NCBI GenBank assembly: GCA_051362555.1
Contig: CM120641.1
Span: forward strand, 18,414,001-18,478,000
DNA from: Lingula anatina
Taxonomy: Eukaryota; Animalia; Brachiopoda
Direction of reading: 5' to 3'
DNA: 64,000 bases
The first letter of the stretch is position 1; the number at the start of each line of letters is the position of its first letter. The position numbers were made by a program, and so were the translations under genes. A model generated the notes under the pieces. It did not search any database. It was not told where the DNA came from and worked only from the letters and a program-made list of their open reading frames with translations. Shown piece after piece: positions 15,401 through 27,000 of this stretch.

Positions 15401-18400
15401 TTGCACCAGAATTGCCATTAAAAATAGCCGTTCATGACAGACTTACAGCCAGATGCACCTATTTTCACCTCAGCAACTGTCACCTGTCACCTTTATATTC
15501 TGAATACACAGGTTACTAGCTGTATATAAAAATGTCAAAGCAAGATCAGTCAGGTGAATTTTTTACAAACAGTTAAAAATAATTTCCCAAAACAACTTTG
15601 ATACTTTCTGAAACATAAGTAAATAACTCACCAATTTGACTATAATTTTGATTTGACAGCTTGCTGGCATAGTAAAAATGTTAGATCCGTTTTGTGCGAC
15701 AATATGTTTATCAAAAATTTTAGACCAAATGTGTGGGTATGAAACAGAGTCCGCACCAAAATATAAATGGAGGACAAAAGGCAACACCATAATGGCATAA
15801 TTACCATATCCTGCCCTTTGTCAGCAGCCAGGTTGTAGATGGTTTTGTCAGAGATAACTTAATTTTTGTCTTTGGCAAGCTTCAATTTTGTATCAAGATT
15901 TTTGATTTTTGAAGCCTGTTAATCAGTATTTCTCCTACTACCCTCAACTGAAGACATCACTGATGATAGAATAAAATGACACTCCCCTTCAGGGTCCCAC
16001 CAATAATCAGCAACATCACTAGGCATCATGAATATTTAATTAGGCACGTTTGGCAATCTACATTCAACTAGTATTGCCTTGATGTTAAGAATTTTTGAGG
16101 GGCTTAAAAATCATGCTCATCCTTCATGTTGAATAATCCACTAGTTTAGCAGATGTAGCATTGTTCCAATACACCAAAAAGGTAACAAGAAGAAAACGGA
16201 TGAACAAGCTAAATGACAACCATTATTTTCATCCACAGATTTACTGGTTAAAAGATATAATTCTAGAACTAATGTCAAAGATTGTTACCGACTGAAATTA
16301 TTATAATTGTTAGAAGCATTAATTAATTTTGGGGCAATAAACCAAGACCTTCATTAATAAAAAGAATTAAAACTGCCATAAACAAAAATATCAAGTGCAA
16401 AAATGTGTGTTTTGCAAAGTTTTCAATTTTTGGTAAATTATGTGAATCACTGTGTGCACAATTTTCAAAAGTTTGTGGTGACATATGTAATAAATAAAAT
16501 TCCTCACACATCCAGTTCTGTGTCACTGCATTAGCTTGGACCTGCCACTCCACTAACACATCTCTGGGTAGTGCTGGTATCACAGCATACACAGCCAGAA
16601 CTGGGGGCAAGTCTTCTTTTCCAAGGCAGTCTGGCTGCAGACAGATACACAATCGCTTTATAATTCAATGACAGAGTGCAAGACTTTCTTTTTACTGTTT
16701 TGAATAACTTCAAGTGATTAACATTTTAACTTTCGTTATTTTTTCTCAACTTAGAGTATACTTTCCATGCTTAGCCTTGATCCATTCAATCAAGAAAATA
16801 CTTCAAAATGTTGACCACAAATTTTAAGTTGTAATTCAATTGCAAATGTAAACGTAAAAATGTCAATAACTATTCAACCATTATTTACAGATCAACATAC
16901 AACAGTGTCATATTCTCAGTGTACCTGAACTCTTGCAAGAACTTTATTCCACTCTCTTTTAGCCACAGGAATACATCTCTCATCAGAAACATAACATACA
17001 GCCATACGGACATTGCAGAACCGCAGCCCTTCTCCCATGGCTATTAGCACTCGCTCAACATGTCTGAGAGCCAAGCGACACTGGGGTAGTATCCCGCCAT
17101 CTATAACCTGCATGGTGGCAGGTACAAGGGGAATTTGACCAGCAACATATATATCATTCCCAAGCTGTAAAAGAGAAGTAGAACTTTTATCCAACTAATT
17201 GAAAATACATCAAAGTATGTGCACTGAGGTTATTTATATTTCTGTTTCCTTTCAAAAAAGTTGTAGTTTTCTTTCAACCAGTACATTAAAGATATAAAGC
17301 AAATACTTTGCATTTAGCAAGAAAAAAAAAGTCTAACAATTTCGGTATTATTTCTGGAAATATAAAAGTCTTACACTTTTCTAAAATAAATAAAATAAAG
17401 TTGTATCTAATAAGGACATAACCAAATCAATGTGTATGTTTACCTTGACTGACTGACTGTAGGGCCCTATATTTGCTGGAGCCCAGTGTGAGAGGCCTTG
17501 GACATGCATTGTGTGTCTTAACAGTGGTTCAGAGGCATTTCTGTATCCAATACAGTCTACCTGTATGATGACATCTTGGGGAAGATTAGCTTGAACACAG
17601 ACCCTTAACCAAAAAAAAAAAATTTATTATTCTGGATATATATTCTATACCCTTTTACATGCTTAATTCCATGCATGTTCTCTTGATCATTGCTAAAGGC
17701 CATAATAGTAATATTAACAGATTTTTCACATTTTCTGTATATTTCAAAGTGTGGTTCATTAAAAACAGACTAAGCTACAGACATCATTTTTCTTTTATAA
17801 AAATGTTGGTTAAATTAGGTAGATTCCACGGGTTCTGATAAAAGAGCTAAGGATATAATTGCCACCCACACCCTCTCCCACATCAAATTTCCTCTATTTC
17901 ATTAACCATATACATGTAGCTTCATCATACGACACAATGCCAAGGTACCAGCATTCACTACGTATACAAGCAGTTGATTTGGTATGTGATAAGAGAATTA
18001 AGTTGCATCTCTCAAACGTATTCCATATAAAACAATGATTCTCATTTCAAATGGTAAGTAAGTTATATAAATGGAGAAAATTTCTTTTATTATCTATGGA
18101 TGCGTTCACAATCATACTAACATACTAGGTACTTAAAACTAACTCCATGGGGACTCTCACTGAATGCCATCAGATTAACATGTCTCCTCTTGTTTCCAAT
18201 ATACTTATATAATCATCTACTTTTCTGTATTTTACCCAAAGGCAGGAGGAGGCACGCTAAACTTTTAATCTGATTTCATTCGGCCAGAGTCCCGGAGGAG
18301 TTACTTTGAACAACCTAGTATGATAGCTTCACTGTGAATGCCACCCACACCCTGCATGTGTAAATCTAGTTTTTTAAAAATGTATCAGTCGTCCTCATGA

Positions 18401-21400
18401 ATGTACTCACCTTGCAGGTGGATTTATATCAAAATATTTTCTGTAGACAGAATTTATCCTGGTAAAATCTGGCATGTTTTGGACATAGAGGTGTAACACA
18501 ACTAAGTCGCTCATCACAAAACCATGCTCAGAAAGCAATGCTGAAATGTTAAAGGTGAGTTCAAGTTTATAATAATATTTATATTAATGCATGTATCAAG
18601 CAGGATGAATCAACATCTTACTTGAGGTGCCCTTTTTATACATTTCTTTTGGCTTGCAAAAACACAAGATTATTAAAATGATGTCATCTAACATTAATAC
18701 TTGTAAGCAACAAAAATGAAAAATATGTTTTTCAAATGATCCTTTGCAAACAAGTAGCTGCTTTGGTACCTTTTAGCCTTTCCATTGCCTTGTAGGTGAT
18801 ATCTTCAATAGTTTGATTCTGCTCTGCTTTCTTTCCACTAACACCAGTTATATAGATATGACCGCTTTTACTTTTTGTTACCATTTCACTTGACTCTACA
18901 TTGAGGAAAAAGGGATGTCTTATATGGGATAATAAAATAAGTTTAAACTATGCATTCCTTTGAACTTAACTTATTTTTTATATTTTTATTTCCCAAAAAT
19001 GGTACTGGTACTGCAAAACAGAAAGAAAAAAGGTGGCTTAATCAGGAGGATTGAAATATGTGCACTCTGATAAAAAAAACGAATGCATTAGTTAAAAACA
19101 ATGTTCTTAAAGAGAGAACAGCATGATAAAAAGTTATCTGCCTACATTTCTTTATCTGGGAAATATATCAAATGTTTAATGATACCATAATTACTGGCTA
19201 TGCACTCTGTATAACCCTCTGTAATAGATTTTCTTGTTGGTGTGTAACTGGAATTCTCTGGTAAATCAGCCAGTTCTTCCTCAGTGAAAAGTTCTTGGAG
19301 TGTCTGAGAACTCCTTTTAACAGGAAGTTTGAGTAATTCTTTCAATGTAGAATTTGTAAAGACCTGAATGGCAAAACGATTCCATTTCTATCATTGCAAA
19401 CTTTAAAAATAAATATACTTATTTGTATTTAACCAGATTAAGAATGGTGATCTGAAAACAATACTGTGTTTATTTTGTACTACAATGTGGGTTGTACCAG
19501 ATTTCAGTTTATTATTTATGCTGATGCTACTACAGGTGAATTAGATACAGCAAAAAGAGAAAATGCTGCATCACTACAATGTGAACTTCATACTTTAAGT
19601 TAAAAATGCAAATTACTTACCTCTTGTTTATCTTCTAAATGCATACTTTTAAAATTGAGGTAGCCAACTGGAGCAAAGGCATCATCAGAATGAATAACAG
19701 TCTCTGACTCATCTCTAAAAAATCAAATTCATCATCCATCGGTAGTTCTCAAAAAATACATAAATTGTGTAACAGAACTACTGTGGTTGAATACCTTATC
19801 CTACAATGTTATAAACATATAAAAGCATAACAACACAAAAACTGTTACTTTGTATAATAATAATCATATCATTCCTCCACTCAGCAATACTTACATAACA
19901 ATCCTCTTTTTAAACATAGGGCAGTCTAGAGTGAAGGTTTCATATTCTCCCCCCTCCCCACAGACATTTAGTCCATACTTCTCCTCCTGGTGAGAAATAG
20001 AAAAAGTAAGAGATTATTTCTATCTCCTTACAATGGTTTTGGAAGACTTTGTGATTTTTTAGGGAAAAAAATAACATTCAACTGCAATGCTAATCACAAA
20101 TCTAAATGAGGTGTACAATAATATCTTATTGTAATTCATGCATACAAGATGTAAGAAAAAACATAAAAAGAAGCATAAAAAGCAATAAACTTAACTTGGC
20201 TTAATGTTGATCATTGTAAAAAGCATTGTAAGTTGGATTTACCATCTTCAGCATGTGGGGGTAAATATCTTCAATTGATTTTCCCAAGTGCTCTGAAGGA
20301 GTAAGACCTAAAAAGATTTTTATTGTCAAAATGATAATAATAACAACAATAAAAATATTGGGATAAAATGAGTACAAGAAATCCCTGTGGATAGACAGGC
20401 ACAATTAATATTTATAATTGATATTAATTTTCTAAAATCAGAAATATGAATAAAAATATGAAAGAATCATATCTGACATGAAAACAGACTTCTCTTACCA
20501 GGAGATTGAGAAAGTTTTCAAATTTCAAAACTAAAAAAAAAATTCTCAAACTCCCTGTACAACTTTCAGTTACCTAGTGTAGCTACTTTGATGATCTGTG
20601 CTTTAATCTTGCAGCCTATCATCTCCTTCAGTAGTTCCTTTTGATCTCGTCTCCATAGGTAACCCAGGGAAGTTAGGCCCAGCCTTGAACACCTGGAAGA
20701 TGGAATTGAACCAAACTGTGAACAGAAAGGTGTCTTCACATCAAGATTAATTTTGACCGAAAAAAAGACTTGATTGCATCTTGTGATATAGCCAGTTGGC
20801 CACATTACATCACACAGTATTCTGAATACAGTATAAATATATAATCAAGTTCACACTGGAAGTAAATAAGAAAGCTAAATGCTCACTGGTAGCACCTACA
20901 GTTGAAGTTTACAAAGTGACCCACTTTGAACCTTAGACTTCAACACCACTTTGACAATCTGGTGGAATCAGTTAATTAATTTCCAGTCTTAGTTAGCCTA
21001 AAGGTGTTAAAACAATGTGTAAACTACTGTATCTGGGATGCTATACTTACACATTTTCTACCCTCACTCTCTGGTAATCAGACAGGATTGCTCCTACTGA
21101 CACAGCTTCCACTGATAACTTGTCCTTAAAATATACAGCAAATTTATCTAGTGACTTGTTATTTTAATCTTCACATGATATTATTCATATTGGAATTTCA
21201 TTTACATTTTAATAAACAACTAGTCTCACTGAATCCAAATTTTAGAAGATTGCTACAGGAAAATAATGGTTGAAGTGAATTGCAATGATAGGGTTGCTAC
21301 ATTTAATTTTTCATTTATAAAATCCAGTAACTTGCACCTTAAAAAAACCCTTCAGATTTTCTAACAATTACTTTATACATTCATGTATCTTATGTGGTCA

Positions 21401-22351
21401 GTAATACCCACTTTACCTTTATTTGCTTCAGCAATAAATAAAGATCCTCCACTTCATCTGCATCATGAGGTAAGTAGTCTTTTCCTTGTATAATTGACCC
21501 GCCCTCTATAGTTCTCCTATAAAGAGGCAGTCCCATGGCATCAGCGTACAGGTCTATGGCATGGTGACCCACTGTCTGGTACATGTAACTGTCCAGCTCA
21601 TCTGAACATTTGAAAACATTACAGAAAATGAACAAAGACATGGCATATCTTGAACTAGACAAACCACTGTAATGTTTTGAAACTGGTATTAACTCTTACC
21701 TACAAACCTAGATCTTCTATTTCTAATGTTATCATCAGTTACAAAATGTATATGTAAAATGGTCTGTTTCAAACATTCTGTGCAAACCTTTGTCTTTGGG
21801 TTTCAGATTGGCAAGTGCTACAATTTCATGCCCCTCTATAATACATTGCAGCATATTATAGCAGCTGTCCTTACCACCACTGGAAAAAATGATTTCTTTA
21901 CATTATTACATGATACTTCATCTAAAACATTTACAGAGCAACAGAGGCTAGTTACCCCATATTATATATCATTCAATATAATTACTATGTAGAATAATAT
22001 ATATATCAAGTAATTTCCTAAAAATGATCACTAAATTCCACCTTCAAGTAACACATAGTATAATGATATACTCTCCAGAGGCGTGGAACCAATTGAATAA
22101 GTTTTGTATAATACCGAGAAAGAGTTGCTGACATGTTTCTAACTTCATAGTAAATTTATATTTAATACTTACAGGTACGTACTCTTGTTTACAGTGTACA
22201 AAAGACATCCGCGTTGACTACAGTATTTCATTCATTTTTTTTTCATACACCAGGTCACTTAACTTTTCAGTCATATATGTCCTTCTTAAAATTTGCCCAC
22301 AAAGCTACGAACTAAGTTATTTTATTACCTTATTAGCGCCACAACGCGCAT
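10680..22351 (-). CDS. DPH6: Diphthine--ammonia ligase, long form with N-terminal PP-loop ATPase domain and C-terminal RidA/YjgF-like domains (~692 aa, 17 exons)
   Basis: Exons in transcript order: 22329-22351, 21788-21879, 21417-21601, 21051-21124, 20574-20692, 20243-20307, 19895-19986, 19621-19714, 19186-19363, 18770-18895, 18411-18540, 17444-17603, 16925-17164, 16508-16634, 11759-11857, 10961-11131, 10680-10783. They total 2079 nt, in frame. Motifs: [81 protein letters not shown]. Linker exons 9-10 and the last three exons are less certain. Confidence 0.93.
12372..12428. repeat. (GT)n(GC)n compound microsatellite
   Basis: ~22 GT units followed directly by ~5 CG units. Confidence 0.95.
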
Positions 22352-22380
22352 TTTAAACTCTGTATGTTGTCCAGCAATTT

Positions 22381-22493
22381 CACGTGTTCTAGTAAACAGG
22401 AAAGTTAAGCTGCCATAATGCGCATGCGCAAACTGCTACTTCCACGTCGTCTTCGTTGGTATGTTTTGATGAAGAAAATCTTTGAAAAGTCAG
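22381..22493. promoter_or_regulatory. Bidirectional promoter of DPH6 (-) and GOLGA5 (+), with probable non-coding GOLGA5 exon 1
   Basis: The DPH6 ATG is at 22351. E-box CACGTG at 22381-22386, perfect NRF1-type palindrome TGCGCATGCGCA at 22419-22430, local CpG enrichment, and a + strand donor CAG|GTAAAT at 22493/22494 that can join the acceptor before 24017. Confidence 0.7.
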
Positions 22494-23074
22494 GTAAATA
22501 AAAACTTAAGTCTTTGTGTATGAAGGTGTATAAAACATTATAGTGAGTAATATCTGTATATGCTGTGTTCATCCCCTAAACTATTCCAATGTGATAGCAT
22601 GTGCAAAGAAATAATATTGCTTCCTCCGAGTCCTACGACAAAATTTGTCATTTGATTTTGGTTGTGCTTTTAGAAGTTGGAATGTCTGACCCAAAAGAGG
22701 TCTCTGCTGTGAATTCACGGATTTGATTACGTTTAAGTTGTGTTAGATAATTGACAATGTATTATAGCAGTATGTGTCTCATTCAAGTGGTGTTTATAAG
22801 AAAACTGCTTAAGGGCATTGCATTCACTGCACCTTTTAAAGTTATAAAAGTTATACCAGTAGGCCTAATATCAGGGCAACAAAAAACAAAAGATATAAAT
22901 TTGAATTCCAGTCAGTTTCATTTGAAAGTTTTTAGTAATATACTTTTTGTTAATATAAAAGCTCATTAAAGTATTGCAACTTCTACTTTTTCTGTAGTTT
23001 ATTATTTGAAAAAAGAAACATTTAATTTTATTTTGTGTTAATTTTTTTTACTTGCCATTGAGTTACATGTCAAG

Positions 23075-23619
23075 GAGCGCATTCTCAACGAATTAAGCCA
23101 GGCTTTACAAAGCCGGTGACCTAAAAATGGCGGACGTACATGAAAGAAAAACCGCCTAATCTTTTAATAGTCTCTCCGCCTCTCACACGCCTCCCCACAC
23201 GTCGTCCCTGCGGGGTACAGTAATTAAATCTCGGCTCCGAACATTAATATTTCCGTGAATATCTCTGGTGATATTATCTCCGTAGATAGTCGATTCATTG
23301 CTGCTCTACGGGCCAAATTATTCCTTTTTCGTCTCTGTTTTCAAAGATAATAGAACAGAAGAGCTTTTTTCCTTCGATCGCCTTGGGCAATATGCTTTCT
23401 TCACCACGAGTTTAACTGATGAGCATGCGCACTTAATATTTCTCAGGTAGCTTCCGCATGGCGAACGGAGACGCGATTTAATTACTGTACCCCGCAGGGA
23501 CGACGTGTGGGGAGGCGGGGAGACTATTAAAAGATTAGGCGGTTTTTCTTTCATGTACGTCCGCCATTTTTAGGTCACCGGCTTTGTAAAGCCTGGCTTA
23601 ATTCGTTGAGAATGCGCTC
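23075..23619. mobile_element. Foldback MITE, PIF/Harbinger-like, copy 1 (GOLGA5 intron 1)
   Basis: ~155-165 bp near-perfect terminal inverted repeats (GAGCGCATTCTCAACGAATTAAGCC... / ...GGCTTAATTCGTTGAGAATGCGCTC) with a 3-bp flanking duplication AAG. A nearly identical copy lies at 35512-36057. Confidence 0.88.
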
Positions 23620-24049
23620 AAGCAAGCACGGATTCCATGCAGTAATGCAATAAAACCCATCTCCTTCTTTGTTATACGACAAAAACAAAGTTGACATTCC
23701 AAGTTATAAACCAAATTATTCCCTCGTTCAGTCCAGAAGATAGCTTTAAAATTGTGCCTTCTTCAATTTTCTGGTTGGAAATTGACCTTTTTAATTATCT
23801 CTCCAATTCGTTAAGTCTGCTAAATGACATATATAGTATTGAAAACGTCTGAGGGTTAGTGTCATTAGATTGACTCTCTGTGGTGAACACAATTGAGTCA
23901 CAGTCTTATGCATGTTTTATACATTTGATATATAATTGATTAAAATCAAGTTACCACAACTTGACTAACTGTGCATCATATTTATTATTCATGATACTGT
24001 CTGCATTTTTCCCCAGACTTTGTGTGGCACCCCGTATTAACATACAACC

Positions 24050-27000
24050 ATGTCATGGTTGAGTGGACTAGCCAGTAAGGCTGAAGACCTATTGAATAAG
24101 GTCGACCAAAGTGCTGCCGGTGCTCTGAAAAACGGAAATGATTTTGATGGACAGACATTGCCCTTTCACGTGGCTCCCCATGGAAAATCGTCTGCAACCT
24201 TTTCGTCACAGTATATTCCCCCCACAGAAGCTGCTTTGACAAATGGAACACACAGACAGGCGGGAGTACCAGCAAATGCAGGGACTTCTTATGGGGTAAC
24301 TGCACCATTGCGGACCAATCCTCCTGTCACTACAACTACAACAGTAGGACTGACCAAATCTGGATCTTCTTCCAGGCTTAAGAAAAACAAAGATGATGAA
24401 TTGTTTGAGTTTTTGAATAGCAACGAGCCTGTTACGGACAGTAAGAGCACTAATAAAGGGACCATGAAACCCCCACCAACACATTCCAGACAGTCTAGTA
24501 TTTCATCTACTACTTCTAATAAAAGTTCCAGAAGTAATACTGCAGCTAGTGGATCTGTGGTTATTAGCATGGAAAAGACAGGTAATTTTCAAAAAGCAAC
24601 AACTCCGGCTCTTGATTGGGATTGTCTGCTCTTTTAATTTTAAAAGTTTTTAATATAACAATTTTTATGACCTTTTTTTAATTTGATTAACATTTAAATA
24701 GTAAAATATTTATGCTTTAGATTTTTATTTTAATGTGCAAGTTGTATGGTTCATATACATCGAAATTTCAGCAAAGTGATTGACCCCTTACATTTTAATT
24801 GATCTTACTTTTTTAATCCAGAGCTCAACATAGCACCACCACCCCCACCCCCCATCCCCCAGTGAAAGATATATTTTGATGTTAAAGCAGATATGATCTG
24901 CTAAAAAGAATTCAGATGAAATGGAGAGAAATAAAGTGCCTTACCAGAAATGTTAAGAAGCGATCTAGACTTATTTTTTCATAAATATGCTTGACATAGT
25001 ATCACTCCTTGAGGAAATTGGGAGGACATAGTGCATAGGTTACCTTTTTACCTTTCTAAGTATTTTAACAAGTAAAGTGTTTTATAATCAAAGTCTTTAC
25101 TAGTACTAATATCTGAAAGGTTTAAATAATCATGGCCAAAAACAATTTTTGGAATAAAAAATCCTCCCTTTGACCTCTGATGAAAATAAAACTTATTTGA
25201 GGAAGGTGTAATAACAAATGCCTCAAAGTTGTCTAACATTTCCCAGCGCTTGATGATTTTAAATATTAATTTTATTGAAATTTGTATTGAGACATGCAAC
25301 ATTTAATCTTGATAAAAGTCATGTATGTCAAAAATATCAATGCTCTTGCATGAACTTATGCATTTTAGACTATTTTATTGTATGCTTTCCATCTGAAAGA
25401 GGTGTTAATCTCAATATTTTTACAATTTATGATACTTCAGTGCATTAATGTTCACAACTGGCTTTGCAGTATATTGAATAATGACTTAAATTTTCAGATT
25501 AAATACAGCTTTTTGTACTTGACCTGTAACTTAGTCAATAATTATTGTGTCCTCTTAAATTATTTATGACTATTTATTTAAAGATTGACCATTTAAAGAC
25601 CAAAACAAAAGAAAGGTTTTTATCAATTGATAAATTTTATAGGAACCCCAATTTGATAAAATCAAAAACAATTGAAATATTGAATGAGATAACACAACAA
25701 AGTGACAGTCAACATCAGCATTGTTTAAACAATATATATGGTGATATAATGAGTGCAAATAAATCCAGAATGCTACGTTTTTCAAGAATAACAGATTAGC
25801 AAATGCAGGCACTGTTAAATATTTCATTAAGTTCAACTATAGCAAGTGTATTGCATCTGTGGCTTGTCAGAGGATATCTTGCGTTCACAGGCATAGACTG
25901 AAGCAATTGTAATGGGTAAAAGGGAGTTCATAAACAACATGGTATCTATGAAAGCCCTGTTTGATCACTTGCTAGGTGAGATCATATTTAGAGTCTCATA
26001 ATTTAGTAAAGTAAGACAACAAGTGATCAGAGTTAGTAGAGAAAACATTTCAGGCATCATAAATGAATCTGTATTGTGTATACTGTGATATTTGTTTGTT
26101 CTGACGTGGAATATTTTCAGGATCAATGTGATGAGAATTAGAATATTAAAGAGCCCATGTAGTCAAAGATGTGTAGTTTCTGTATCAAAAGTAAATTCTT
26201 GTTCTAAAGAGTGTTCTGACTTGGGTTTTATTTCTTCTTCAGGAGCAGCTGACTCAGACAGGGAAAGTGTAGACAACTCCATGGGTGAAAACCATGACGA
26301 GGCAGCAAGCAACCATGCGGAGTCTAGTAGTGGTTACCATAGCAACCAGGAGGATGGCCAATCACAGCAGATGTCTTCACTGGAGTTGGAAAACAAGTTG
26401 TTAAAGAACGAAGTGGCTTCTCTTAACCATGAAGTTGCATCTGTGATACAGAGAGCCAAAGCAGCTCAGTCTGGTCAGTACAGGGCTTTGTGTAATGTTG
26501 TTAGTCTGTGGAATATATATCAGCCCCAGCCCATGTGTTTTGGAATAATGAGAACATTGCACTTGTAATAAAGTTGAGAAGTAGCGAGCAATTTTTCACT
26601 CTTTTTTACATAAATAAAATATGGAAAGCTGTGATATTTATATGGATTATTGATGCATTGATTTACAGGTATTGAAAATGCAAGTAAATTATATGTTCGA
26701 GATGAGTAGATAATTATAGTAGTACTCATCTTAAAGGCACTCTTCAAGGTGTCAGATAAGGGCTTATTATGTTTTCAGCAATGCAAAATAAGTAACTCAG
26801 TAACAGTATGGCATCATGTATAGTGAATCTGATAAAATATACTGCACGGAGCATGATCTATCCAATGAAAACCCAGTATAAAAATCATTTCTTTAGTTTT
26901 TTCCATTAGTATGGGGTACCACTATGATTTGTGACAAATTGTATTTTTGCTATACTGTAACTGGAGATTATAAAAACCATCTGCTATTTAATATTATTAT

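Noticed and set aside
11858-16507. Nested gene in the 4.6-kb DPH6 intron (ORFs 12732-13028, 13017-13256, 13288-13677)
   Set aside because: No recognisable domains, intron-like composition, and no consistent splice chain found.
17860-18353. 15-mer TGCCACCCACACCCT occurring twice in a DPH6 intron; considered as intronic snoRNA
   Set aside because: No convincing C/D or H/ACA box arrangement; more likely repeat remnants.
23318-23554. Repeated 78-86 aa ORF MKEKPPNLLIVS.. (also 35732-35992)
   Set aside because: Lies in the MITE inverted repeat and has no transposase motifs; the recurrence reflects element copies.
23985-24570. Minus-strand ORFs overlapping GOLGA5 exon 2 (and similar ones over NCX, NAPA and THR exons)
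   Set aside because: Antisense shadows of real coding exons.
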